Source of the DNA: Rhodosorus marinus CCMP1338
Lineage: Eukaryota; Plantae; Rhodophyta
Assembly (NCBI GenBank): GCA_029953675.1
Contig: JAMWBK010000003.1
Location: 558,001-622,000 of the forward strand
Reading direction: 5' to 3'
DNA length: 64,000 nt
How positions within the stretch are numbered: the first letter of the stretch is position 1; each line of letters opens with the position of its first letter. Shown here piece after piece: positions 1 through 11,380 of this stretch. A model generated the notes under the pieces. That model did not search any database and was not told where the DNA came from. It saw only the letters and a list, made by a program, of their open reading frames with translations. A program made the translations under genes and the position numbers.

Positions 1-592
1 TCCTAAGAACCGTGCAGCAGCAGTTCTCAGGAGCCAGTACAGGAGTCGGATGCGGGATTGGAATAGGCTATGGAGTCGGAATTGGCTTAACTTACGGAAG
101 AGGTGGCGAAGGAATGGGTATGGGTGGAGGTATGGGTGGTATGATGGGTGGCATGGGTGGTATGGGTGGTATGGGTGGTATGGGTGGTGGTATGGGTGGA
201 ATGGGTGGAGGTATGGGCGGCATGGGAGGTGGGATGGGTGGTATGGGCGGCATGGGAAGTGGTATGGGTGGCATGGGAGGAATGGGAGGCATGGGAAGTG
301 GAATGGGTGGTGGAGCCGGTGGGATGATGCAAGGTCAAATGTCGCCTGGTAATGTATATCAGAGAACTATCTACTTTGTCTCTTGTTTGATGATGACTGT
401 ACTGACACTCAACCCGATCCAACGCGTTTAGGTATGGCGGGTGCCGCTGGTGCAACTGGTGGAGTACGGCCTGACACGCAGAGGCTCGACAACATCGAAA
501 GAAGACTGGATGAAATAGACAAAGCGCTGGGCATTCACACGAAACTACAACAGATAGAGGAGAAGCTGGACAAAATTGGAAAGAGAAGATAG
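1..592 (+). CDS. Gly/Met-rich low-complexity protein (GGM repeats) with N-terminal glycine-zipper-like segment and C-terminal coiled coil; 5'-truncated by window edge; intron 349-431
   Basis: The frame stays open upstream of the GTG at 12, so the true start is off-window. It reads GVGCGIGIGYGVGIGL then (GGM)n. A GT(349)...AG(431) intron with a CTGAC branch-like site joins it in frame to GMAGAAG...RLDNIERRLDEIDKAL...KRR-stop(592). Confidence 0.75.
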
Positions 593-752
593 TGCTCCGT
601 CGTAGATCGCAGGGAAACTGGTAACCTCACATTTCGCGTTGCTTGCTTAAATAAACGCGCAGACTGACAGCGAGAAAATCCAACTGAAAAGACCCTCATA
701 TCTGCTTCCTGGGCCGGGACAACACCCCATAAGTTTGCATCAAGAAGTCTTT

Positions 753-1565
753 CTACTCCGGTAAAACCTTTCTGAGAAAACCCTGCACCAGTTTCATCTC
801 CTCCATATCTGCACTGTGGGGCATGTTGGGGAAGTCCTTAAATTCTACTTTTCTGCCCATGTCACTAAGGAGATCCGCGCTTAGTTTGCCCCAAGAGAAC
901 GGAACAACCTGGTCCGCACCCCCCTGAATCGAACGGACGACATTTTGAACGAAGAAACGAATGAGAACGGATTCGCCGAGAAACGACCAACCACTCAGAT
1001 GTTTGCCGAGGGTTCTTACGTGACACATCAGAATAGGCGTTTCCTTGTTACTCTCGGAGAGTTCTTCAGGGTATGACTCCTTAAGCGGAAGCCAAGTACT
1101 AAGAGCAACTATTCCCGCAACCTTTTCCTCAAGTCGAGCCATGCTCGTAAGCGCAACCGCACCACCCTGACTGAACCCACCTACAACGATACTGCTGGGA
1201 TCGATTCCTGCCTCTTCCTCTTCCTGAATAATCTTACTTATCATTCCCACGCATTCGATGAAGCCCTCCTTGTCCTCAGGCGTGCCCTCCTCTAAACCCT
1301 TCACATCCGTCCACGACGGTACCGCCTCACCTCCGAACATGGTGACCCTACGGTACGGAGCGGACGGGAGTATAAACTTTATGTGACTGCTTGTCATGTA
1401 CGGGACAAGCGGCTGCCATCCCTCGCCAGAGTCACCAAGACCGTGCAAAAATATCGCCGTAGATCTGTGCTCCCCTCGCGCAGGTACGACCACCTTTTGT
1501 ACGGACGCCATTCTGCATAAACCACGTCTGCCCACAGCCGCCGTACTGACGAAGCCCAGCAACAT
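753..1565 (-). CDS. Acyl-protein thioesterase / lysophospholipase-carboxylesterase (APT1-like); exons 1565-1020, 923-753 (238 aa)
   Basis: Motifs IFLHGLGDSG, FILPSAP, GGFSQGG (catalytic Ser), HGGADQVVP after removing the 96-nt GTAAGA...TCAG intron (924-1019), and MPHS (catalytic His). The ATG at 1565 gives a transit-peptide-like N-terminus (MLLGFVSTAAV). Confidence 0.92.
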   Translation of the reverse strand: MLLGFVSTAAVGRRGLCRMASVQKVVVPARGEHRSTAIFLHGLGDSGEGWQPLVPYMTSSHIKFILPSAPYRRVTMFGGEAVPSWTDVKGLEEGTPEDKEGFIECVGMISKIIQEEEEAGIDPSSIVVGGFSQGGAVALTSMARLEEKVAGIVALSTWLPLKESYPEELSESNKETPILMCHVRTLGKHLSGWSFLGESVLIRFFVQNVVRSIQGGADQVVPFSWGKLSADLLSDMGRKVEFKDFPNMPHSADMEEMKLVQGFLRKVLPE

Positions 1566-1982
1566 TACAAGCGTTTGCAAGATTTGCCGATCCTTCCAAG
1601 TGTCCTGTAGAACAGAATCAAAATGCACCGGCTTTCTTTATGATGGTCATGCACGATCGAGATCGGTACTCTCCAGCTCACCCACAGATCCCTTGCCTCT
1701 CGCCTTTCATACCCATCAAAAGCATAAGCTCTCCGAGAATATCGATCTGAGTATCGAGAATGGATCTCCTGAGCGAGCTGACTCATCCAGCTGCAGTTGG
1801 TAATCGCTAGAGGCATTTAAGATAAGATGTCATCAATTCGGGATCGAAAAGCTCTCTTTGGGGGAGATCCACAACGCTTCAGAAATCTGCACAAACGATT
1901 CCTCCACTGTACACTGTACAATAAGAATGTCATAGACAGAAAAGGCGGCAGAAAAGCGGACAAAAAGAGTTTGCCAGAGAAG

Positions 1983-2055
1983 CACCGACCGTGGGGCTCG
2001 AACCCACGACCACAAGGTTAAGAGCCTTGCGCTCTACCGACTGAGCTAGGCCGGC
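1983..2055 (-). tRNA. tRNA-Lys(CTT)
   Basis: The reverse complement GCCGGCCTAGCTCAGTCGGTAGAGCGCAAGGCTCTTAACCTTGTGGTCGTGGGTTCGAGCCCCACGGTCGGTG folds into a 73-nt cloverleaf with anticodon CTT and intact A and B boxes. Confidence 0.97.
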
Positions 2056-2958
2056 TTCCGATTTAGTGTCGGAAATTACTAAACTAATAATATCATAAAT
2101 TTTCCTTATTGGTCTTTCCGCGTTTTGTACGTATTTGTGATTGCTCAGACTGACAAGGAGCGACTGCAACCAACCTGAACTCGCGTCTCAGACAGTTTCG
2201 GAGCACTAATCTGGAATCTACAAGAAATAGCAAACTCGAAATAAAAGTCTTTTTGCACAGAATACCATGCGTGAAGCGTACTCTGTTTTTCCGTTATTGC
2301 TAGAGCCATGTTTGTGGATTGATGGTCACGAGACAGGACTGCCGCCTGTCAGAATTGATAGTTGTGTCTCTTCACCCCCCGTTAGTATTGAGTGGACTAG
2401 ACGATGCTGGATACTAGCGCTCTTGAAGCGGTCAACGTACCAGCCAGACGAAGCTACAAACGCTGGTGGAAACCGGAATTCCACTTCTCACGGGAGATGT
2501 GGCATGAGCACGACTAGCCAACATCCGTTCTGGGAGACGGCAAACCGCTGGGAAAAAAACTGAAAGAGTTTGACAACTGTTTTCAACTCTCCAGAGTGGA
2601 CTTAAGACTCCTTCACTGGCATAGTTTTCTCAAAATTTCCTTGAGAATAGAGTTTTCTTTAACCAGTAAATGAAAGCTCGTCACAATGCAACATCTTGGA
2701 CTTCCTCATACGGGGTAAAAGCAAGCAAGAGGCAGACGGAATCATCTTTTTTGTCAACCGCAGGGCCGGCTAACTCCTTCCAGAAACCAAGAACCCCAGA
2801 AAAGACGAAAAGAGTCTTTTGTACAAGCCCGTTGAGGTATCTAGTTTGGTCTAATGAGAAGTAAGCAAGTGCTGTTCTCAAAAAAGCAAAAGGACAGTAC
2901 ATGCTTGCTGTTCATGGGAGAATATCTGCCTTTCGAAGTATGCCCACTGTTCACCTTC

Positions 2959-3033
2959 AGCAAGATTAATTCTTGATATTATGAAAATTTTCGCAAAGCA
3001 AGATTAATTCTTGATATTGTGAAAATTTTCGCA
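2959..3033. repeat. Tandem duplication, 2 x ~38 bp, immediately upstream of tRNA-Thr
   Basis: AGCAAGATTAATTCTTGATATT(A/G)TGAAAATTTTCGCA occurs at 2959 and 2997 with one mismatch. Confidence 0.95.
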
Positions 3034-3044
3034 GAGAAGGAATA

Positions 3045-3117
3045 GCCTCCTTGGCTTAGTGGTTATAGCGTCGGTCTTGTAAACCGAAGGTCCCGAGTTC
3101 GACTCTCGGAGGGGGCT
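3045..3117 (+). tRNA. tRNA-Thr(TGT)
   Basis: GCCTCCT.../AGGGGGC acceptor stem, TCGGT-CTTGTAA-ACCGA anticodon arm (TGT) and GTTCGAC T-loop; 73 nt. Confidence 0.96.
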
Positions 3118-3513
3118 TTGTCATGTCTTGCACTAACAAACTGTTTTCAATTGGCAAACGACGAGTATAGGATTAGATTTTCTCTTGCTGGAATTCAGCG
3201 TTCTCATCCAATTGAGGTATACGACCACAACTTTGGGAAGCATTTCTGTTTCCCAAACTTCCTCCAGACTATTCCCATTCCTTTTGATTTACTGAATCCA
3301 GCTCGCGGCTCTGGAAGACTCAGGAGGTTTCCAGAATTCAGCCGCCTAGTTTTTCAGAGCTCGTTCATATTCGGTAGGCTGCTGTTTTAGGTTCTTTGAG
3401 GACTCGACACTCTGCAAACCATTCGGTTGCGCCGGAGTCAAGCCGATGAGTACCTTCTATCGTGATAACCTCGTTTGCTCCAACGAGCAATTCCAGGTTT
3501 TGTTCAGTCAGCA

Positions 3514-4754
3514 CTATACGGGGCTGGTTTCAGCTGAAGAAGTGCTTTTGAGCGCTGGATTAGTTGCACGGCCGGTTTTCTTGGCGAAGTCAATGGATGG
3601 CCCGATTGGGATGATTCCGCTGGGATTGAGTGGAAACAGATTCTCAAAATAGTTGTTCTCAGTCGTCGCAATATCTGACACTCGTGCAACACCCTCAATT
3701 TGGTACATGTCACAAGCCCATTCGAAAATGTTGGGAAAGTCCAGAGGGATGTTCCTACTGTGACAACGGAAGAGTGGCGAGTAGACGTTCTCATATCGGT
3801 AGACAGTGGGGAACAGGAGAATGTCGGCGATTCCTGGCTTGTCTCCGCCGGAAAGATATCTCTGTTTGGATAATAGTTCATCAACTTCTCGCATTGCAGC
3901 ATTCAGAGTCTTGACGCTTTTCTGAGGAGTCAATGAATGAACGATCTCAGTCAGAGTTGGTAGCTCTACTTGTCGTCTTCTAGGTTCAAACCGTACCTCA
4001 TACGCCTGCTGGGTCTTTGCGAATCCGCACTTGTAGACTCCGTTGTTTATATCCGAGTGGATCCTCTCAGCAACGTTCCTCGCTTCGTCAGTTTCTTCAA
4101 CGCCAGCAAATTCCTCGGAAATCATTCGAACCAGGTCGATACTCTCATTGCAGACAACTACACCGGTGGACGTCTCAAGCAGCGCCGGAGCAGTGTACCT
4201 TCCACGATACTCTGGATCACCACTCATGTAAACTTCTTTCATGGTCTTCATTGCATTCTTGGGAGTCTCTAATTCCCACAAGCCGCCGTCGCCTGGCACC
4301 AACCACTCGATTTTGATCGCGTCCTGAAGCCCAAATAACTCTATCGCAAGGAGGACCCGGTGACACCTGAAAAAAGCGTTTTCAGCCTGGTCCAGAGCTC
4401 GCGGCATGGATGCAAGGTTTCTCACCATGGGCACGCCACTCCTGCGTACACGGTGTACCTACCCTCCTCAGCTGGAAAACGCGTCACTGAATCCTTCCGA
4501 AGACGAGATGCCTGTGGACGCCTGTACTCTCCATCTGGACCAGAAGGAGCAAGTTCGTTCATCATCAAAAGCCATGCTGTAGACCAGCCGAACCGAGCCG
4601 CTTTCACAAGCGATCCAAAAGGAATTCCCAGCTCAAGGATCCTGAACCCGGACCCAGCACCTTTCTTGTTGGAGCAAACGACCGTGGTTCTCAAGCGAAC
4701 CCCCCCAGGAGCAACCGAAGAGAATCTTCCTGTGCCTAACCTTATAAACGCCAT
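3514..4754 (-). CDS. Glutathione S-transferase, omega/Xi-like (glutathionyl-hydroquinone reductase, YqjG/ECM4 family), probably plastid-targeted; exons 4754-4426, 4366-3997, 3921-3514 (368 aa)
   Basis: Splicing the 59-nt intron (4367-4425) creates the active-site CPWCHR. Other family motifs are VVCNES, INNGVYKCGFA, QRYLSG, ADILLFPTVYRYENVY and NPSGIIPIGP. The N-terminus reads MAFIRL. Confidence 0.92.
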
Positions 4755-6390
4755 GTTCTTCTCATCGTCCACAAAATAATAATCGCAAAACCCGCGGTGG
4801 CGCGATTCTCTCATAGGACAAGTCCAGGAAACGTGGCCGAGATATGTAACCCAGCGATTCGTTTTTTCCTAGGACTCGACCAGGTCAGCAAAACGACCGC
4901 AAATCTGGAGAACTTCCAGGAGTCCAAACCAGATAAAGATCAGCAGCTCGAACCGAGATAAAACTGCTGAGGTATACGAAAATGGTTCTCGGAAACCAGA
5001 ACGGCCCTCGCGCAGCTCCCAGGACGAACGCCGCGAAGGTGAGCTAGGTGCGTCAAAGGCTAAACACAAAACATCACCAAGATGAAACTCGTTGAAACTA
5101 AAAAATCAACGAAACTAGTATTCAAAACCACCGACTGCGTTTGTACTCCTGCAGAGTAGCCAAAGCGTTGGAGTTTCTGAACAGCTGACCAGAGTAACCA
5201 ACACAACGATCCTCGGTAACTGTTTCCTCGCTCCTCAATGACCCCTTCCTGTCCCCAATATGGAACACTACTACCCAAACCATACAATTTGACAGGTCAA
5301 GATATACATAATAATGACTGATACAATCAAAATATATCTACTCTAATTCAGGAAGCTGAACTCTCCTATTATGGTCAATGCTTACATATAAAGCCCATAA
5401 TATTAAAATAATATATCAATATCGGAATAGTGACCCTAGATTATGATATCTGTCTAACGAAATCTGGATATCTCAAATTGAAGTCCACGTCGAACCCGCC
5501 CTCTCTTTTTCGCTGTTTACGTTAGTTCTGCAGTGGATGAAACATATAGTTAAAATTATTGGGCAGAAAAATTCATACAAGCGCATATGATCAACCCCCC
5601 TCCGTGCACGGCTAACAATTCAACAAGAACATGGATGGACATTAATCTTTTTAAGGGGGGGATGGTTGGGGTAAAAAATCCTGAATCTAAAACAAGATCA
5701 GATAATCAAGAACTAGGCAGAACGCTGAATTGAGTTTCAATAAATATGATATACATGCTTATTATAGAAGTACGTTTTCAGATTATGTTTTTTAGTGAGC
5801 CAACAGATTCTGAGTTGCTTCTTAGAGGGGTGGAATAGATTCAATAGCGTAAAAATGAATTGAAATTCATTTTTTTGTTTTATCGTGCAGGGAAAAGGAG
5901 TTTTTGCTAGGCAATCGGTGGGGACGGTTTTTTGGTCTTTTTTACGGGATTGGCGATGGAAGTGGTGATGATGGGGAAGGAGAAGGGTTGCTGTATTGGG
6001 GAGTTGTGTTGGTTGGGGGTTGGGGTAGGGAAAGGGAGGTTTACTATTTGTTTTCTTTTTTGGGGGGTCGGGGTGGTGGTTTGTTTGTTTAGGTTTTTTA
6101 GCTTCTTCTTGTCCTAGTTTTATTAATCGTCAACTTGGCTGGTTTTTTCGTTGAGATCGCGAGGGGTTTTGTTTCTTGCGGTTGACCTGGAAGCGTTGGG
6201 GCGGGGGCAAGGGAGGAAGGGGACCGGGGAGGGTAGGTAGGTTTGAAGAGGATCTTTGAGCTTACGGATTCATTTTTAGATCGAGCGGTTTTATCCGCGT
6301 TGTATTTACGGGTTCGATCACCTGTGTGGGTTCCGGTGAGTGCTGAATTGTTTTGTACACTTGTTGAGTGTCGTGGTTGCTGTTTCTTAG

Positions 6391-7175
6391 ATGGCGGATG
6401 TTGTGGGTAAGTGTTTTCGATGTTTAACTTTTTTTGTCTTGAGATCGAGGAAGTATGGGTGGGATTAGATCCACTAAATACTGTGGTTTGTTTCCTTTTG
6501 CGTCCTTTTCTTGGTCCCGCAATCTTGGTACTATAAATCGCGTCTAGTTCCGCGGAATTTCCGGCTGCTCGAGGAGTTGGAGCGTGGAGAACACGGAATC
6601 GGTGATGGGAGCGTGAGCTATGGACTCGAGGATGCCAACGATATCACGCTCACCAGGTGGAATGGGACCATTCTGGGCCCTCTCAATGTAGGATTTGCAC
6701 CTGGACAAGCACGACATTACGTTCTAACGTGGTCTCTTCGTTGATGAAGACTGATAAGTGTGCTTGTGACTTGTCTGTTGTGACCGAGCAGACGACATAC
6801 GAGAATCGTATCTATCGAGTCCAGCTAATCTGCGGAGAATCATACCCAGATCGTCCGCCAATTGTCCGTTTCGTAACAAAAGTGAATCTCAATTGCGTAG
6901 TGAGGCACAACGGACAGGTAAGCGTAAGGTTTCCATCGGGGGACGAGGCATGACTGTTATCCTGTTGTGCCTGAGGAGGATGACTGACCGTCTTCTCCTC
7001 CTCCTCAACGGAAACTTGTATTTTGCACCAAAAGGTGGATTCCACGAAATGCCAGGTCTTGAAGAATTGGAACAGAAACTACAAAATTGAAACGGTGCTG
7101 AAGGAGCTTAGAAAGGACATGGCTTCGGGGGCGAATAGACGCCTGGCACAGCCGCCCGAAGGAACCACGTTTTAA
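6391..7175 (+). CDS. UEV1: Ubiquitin-conjugating enzyme E2 variant (UEV1/MMS2); exons 6391-6406, 6548-6687, 6792-6917, 7035-7175 (140 aa)
   Basis: The spliced protein [34 protein letters not shown]...WNGTILGP...YENRIY...YPDRPP.VRF.TKVNL...[13 protein letters not shown] is the classic MMS2/UEV1 signature. It has three GT-AG introns in consistent phase. Confidence 0.95.
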
Positions 7176-7364
7176 ACGTGCGCGTGCGTGTTATTGGGGA
7201 AAAACCCAAAAATGGGATGGAACTGGCTTGACATACACTAACTTCTTGTTTCAGAAGGATGCGCAAGAAGGACTTGTTACGAATTGAGATAGAGGAAAGA
7301 GGGAAAACGCATCTTTTGATACAAGACCCTGTAAAGAAATCGCGATCCGCTTTGCGTTTTTGAC

Positions 7365-8000
7365 TTAATCGCACATTAGGCTTTCTCTAGTATCCACCTT
7401 GGTCTTGGCATTGGTTCCACTAACGTCGCTCCGTTTACACAATTTCGAGGTCACGAACTCGGGCATCAAAGCATCGGAGGCATCAATGTTGTGAAGGTCT
7501 CCAGCCTCGAGGATGCTATCGCTCAGGTAGGCGCTCTCCATCACCGCGTTTACAAAAATCGCATCCTTCAATGAGGCCCCTTCCAGACTTGCCGTTCTCA
7601 AATCCGAGCCGGTGAAGTCCGCCTCGCGGAGATCAGCTTTGAAGAATCGGGCGCCTCTCAAGTCCGCCCCTCGGAAGTTGGTACCTCGGGCAATCGCCCC
7701 ACTGAAATCTTTCCCCACGAAGGAACCCTTCGAGAAATCAGCACCTGTGGAAGGAGTCTCACATTAATTTTAGGATCAAGCGAAGGCCAAAAAGCGGGGC
7801 AGATGAATCCCAATCTCACCACTCCAGTCCTTCGACGCGTAGTCCTTTCCTCCACCAGAAATGGCCGCGGCGGAGAACGGGGTCATCACCAGCGCCACAG
7901 AGACCGCAGCCACCGCGCCTCCAGTCTTCAGCTTGTCACAGAATCCTTTCCAATCCGGCTTACCAGACGTCGCCGCCATGGACACCGTGAAGCCGTACAT
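7365..8000 (-). CDS. Pentapeptide-repeat protein, thylakoid-lumen type (TL15/TL20.3-like); exons 8000-7820, 7744-7365
   Basis: A(D/N)LxX pentapeptide repeats (GADLRGARFFKADLREADFTGSDL), a hydrophobic stretch ending in an AxA lumen-peptidase-like site, and the C-terminal C...GTN..T.VDTRESLMC motif. The intron is 7745-7819. The exact start is uncertain. Confidence 0.88.
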
Positions 8001-8359
8001 CCTTTAAGCTTAAAGAAAACCCCGCAACCCAACTTCTCACCCAGATCCACAAAAATGAGTCCAAAAAAGCACGCAAGAGATACCGATAAACCTAAGAGAC
8101 CTCCGAATAGTGAACAATGCCGGGTAAAACCTACAAAAATAAAACAGGACGCTCTTCCTACAACTCTCTCACTGATCTACACACCCACCTTCGCCCGGCC
8201 AATCCAAATAGCTCCAACACCACGTCAGTCCCCCGCGATATCCTAAATGGAGATTTTCTATCTAAAACGCTACCGATTGCGCGGCAGGGGAACGCCGGGG
8301 GGAGGGGAGAGGGAAGGGGATGGACCCTCACCCAATTCTGACACCCAATCGTTTAGTAC

Positions 8360-8995
8360 CTAAGAATATCTTAGCGTTTAGTGGCACCCGATTCCGTGAT
8401 ATGAGAGAATCAAAGCACTCAATAATGACTAAAACGAGGTGGGTTGAGAGGCGAGGGCGGGTCGGCTACAGGTCCTGACACCCGGTCCGTTGGACTAGAG
8501 ACTGCCTTATCATGTATTACCATCCGAATTCCGCGATGTGAAAGAACAAAAGCACGCAACCACGACTAGCGCGAGGTGGGTTGAGGGGGGAGGGTGGTTG
8601 GGTACAGGTCAGATCCTGACATCCAGTCTTTTGGTAACAAAGACTGCCTTGTCATATACTTCCACACGATTCCGTGATATTATAGAACAAAAATACTCAT
8701 CTATGACTAGCACGAGGTGGGTTAAGGGCAGCAACAGGTCCTAGGCGTTTGTTTTCAACTGGACCGAGGTAGTTTTCATCCATCCATCCACCTCCCGGAT
8801 TCTTAACCGATCCTGACCTAATCTCGTTTTTTTATTGATGCCAAAGACTGCCTTGTCATTTACTAGCACACGATTACACGATAAGAGATAACAAAAAGAC
8901 TCGACCAGAGCTATAGCACGAGGTGGGTTGAGGACAACAGAGGGGTCCTCGTATCTTCAACTGGATTTGACTGAGGTATCTCATCCATTCTCTCC
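8360..8995. repeat. Degenerate tandem array, 4 units with conserved core and variable linkers
   Basis: CGAGGTGGGTT(G/A)AG at 8435, 8572, 8713 and 8919; AGACTGCCTT at 8499, 8641 and 8845; ATTCCG(T/C)GAT exactly 44 nt upstream of the core in units 1-3. Confidence 0.9.
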
Positions 8996-9459
8996 ATGTA
9001 CTAATACACTATAAAATACTAATGGTACTAACCGACGCGGTGAGGACGCAAAAAGAATTTTCTTTTTTTTTTTACTTTTGACGACGGGGATGGTGAGCGG
9101 CGAAGCTTCGGTCTCGTTTCCATTCTTTGCGTGGGAGAGCTTTCACGTAACCACATGTGTCCTATTAATTGGTATTTTTAATTTTCTGTTTTTTTTTTTC
9201 TCTGTTGGTTTTGGTATGTGCTGTTTTGAGCACAGAATAAACTCTTTTTGTCGTTTTGACTTTTTTGTGCGTTTCGCACGAACCTAGATGAAAATTGAGG
9301 TTTTGATGACAATCCATTGCTTTTAAGGCTTTTTTTGATTTCTGTGAAGAGGAGCGGTTCTCTCTGGCTTTTCCTGAGGAGGTCTTTGGTCCGTCGGTTT
9401 TTTCTTGAGGGGTGTGGCCTTGAGTGAACTTGTGGTGGGTTCTTGTTCTTCGGAGCCCG

Positions 9460-10866
9460 GATGAATCGGTTTCTGGCTTTGGGTACCAGATTCAGTAGGG
9501 CTTCGTCTTGTCAGATTGCTAGTTCTAGAACATGGGTTGGGGCTACTGGAGGTTCACGCCGTTTGCTGGGAACTGAGCTTGGGTCGAAGGGGCCGGAAAT
9601 TTCCGGCGATAAAGAGGAGCAATTCTCGAGTGACACGGAAGGCGTCGACGGCAAGATCGCGAAATTTCCCTCCGACGCAGAGGAAATTGCACAGGGGTTT
9701 AAGAGCGTCGGTTCTAATAAATTAAATGCTGAGACTACGCATGGAACAGATGATGGAAGAGCAGAGGCTTCAGCACCTGGATCAGCTGAACGGACTGACG
9801 TTGGGAAGGATAAGACCAAGGACCCGAAAGTTCGCATGCAGCGAGGAGGAAGTTTTCCGTCCGATGCCAAGCTTTTCGTGAAGCGTGATTCCCGAAAATC
9901 CAAACGGGAGCAGAAGCTGAAATCAAATAGTGCACAGCCGAAGGATGAAGACGGTGTCGTAGAGGAGCTTGTCGCGGGCAGGAAGGAGCGGATTCCATTG
10001 TATCGAACTTATAGGTATCGAATGCGGTCTGCAGATACTAGAAGCTGGTAAGCAAAATCTGCGTCCTGGATTCTTTTAGAGCCTTTCACAACCTTCGGAG
10101 TGAAAGGAAGCTGGAAACCTGACATTTCGCACACTTCCCGTAAACAAGGCTCATAAATGAGATGATCAGACGGACAATGAGCGCAGTTATTCGATCTGGG
10201 GGGGTGATCACGAAAGGCGAGCGGCGCTTGAAGACCAGATCAAGAGTATGGTGTGTCAACCGGAGTCCTTTCGTACACGGAAAGCACAAGGACCATTTCT
10301 GGATGAGGATGCGAAGGATTCTGGTGAGGGTGGATCGCTTTAGTGGACTTATCAAACACTGCAGAGACCATGGGTTAAAGAACAAGATCTCAACTCGCCT
10401 TTCGTTTCTTTTCTTTCACTGCTCTGCATCGCAACTCAGTTTTCCTACAAGCAGGACGCATACGACGCGCTGGAGGAGCCGAATCTGAGAAAGTCAGCCT
10501 TCAAGATTGCCGAAAAGCTGCCCGGGATAGTCGCCACGAGAGTAAACGAAAAAACCCCCGGCGTTCTGGCGCTGCCGGAGATGTACCTTAAGATCCAGAG
10601 GATCAGGCACGGTGCTAGGTATGCCCGCAAACTAATACACTCACAGTCCTGTCTTCGTCACAATGGCCTGCCCTAACCGGAGGGCCCGTAACCCCCTTGT
10701 ATTTTTTTGCGTTAGGACTCCGTCCAACGTTAGGCTCAGGTTTGCGGGGGGTTGGCCTTTCCCGACTACTGGAGTCCGAGGCACAGGGCAACCCCAGAAA
10801 CCGAACCAACAGGAATCGCAAGCAAAAGATCAAGAGCACTCGGCCGGCAACAGCGGAACGAGTTAA
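9460..10866 (+). CDS. Hypothetical multi-exon protein with mitochondrial-presequence-like N-terminus; internal exon structure unresolved
   Basis: A long first exon ORF starts MNRFLALGTRFSRASSCQIASSR (Arg/Ser-rich, no acidic residues). There is a candidate donor at 10048 and a clear exon QDAYDALEEPNLRK...RHGA. A 97-nt intron (10619-10715) joins it in frame to RTPSNVRLRFAGGWPFP...stop(10866). No family recognised. Confidence 0.55.
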
Positions 10867-11380
10867 GAGCGTGTCACGCGTAACCGTAGATGTTGAATGT
10901 ACATGGTGCCTGAAGCGGCTATGAGAGGAGGACGGAACGCAATACATGATGTTGAGCAACGAACGGAAGATGCTGGTCAACGTCGCTGCGGTTTTCGTCT
11001 CGAGAAAGTTTCTGAAAGCGAGGGGACGGTGCCGTGCATCTGCTCTCCGTAGTTGAGACTCTTTAACGTAGGATATGGTGCTATTTTTTCTCTTGCGGGA
11101 GGGCATAATTGTTATTATCTGTTTCCCTTTTACATTTTGCTGCGCTTTTCCACAAACAGAGAAGCAAATACTTAAGAGATTAGGAAAGAAAAAAGTCAAA
11201 GTCAGTTCGATTTCGAGGCCTCGAAGCAGGCCTCAAACAATAGATAACATTCCAGGAGCAATTCCACCGTCCTCATTTCCCCTCTGCAGACGTCCGGAAC
11301 AATTCACGGTGTAGCTTCTAGCATGGGGACCAGTGGCTGGCTGTATGAGGTAGGAGGTTGCGTGAGATCAGACAACATTT

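Noticed and set aside
50-455. Trp/Tyr/Gly-, His/Thr- and Pro/Ile-rich ORFs (50-352 +, 87-455 -, 92-292 -)
   Set aside because: These are alternative-frame and antisense shadows of the (GGM)n codon repeat.
8360-8995. CRISPR-like interpretation of the repeat/linker array
   Set aside because: The context is eukaryotic, the repeats are long and degenerate, linker lengths are irregular, and there are no cas genes.
10615-11199. 194-aa minus-strand ORF
   Set aside because: It overlaps the last exon of the plus-strand orphan, its first ATG is followed by non-domain-like sequence, and it has no recognisable motif.
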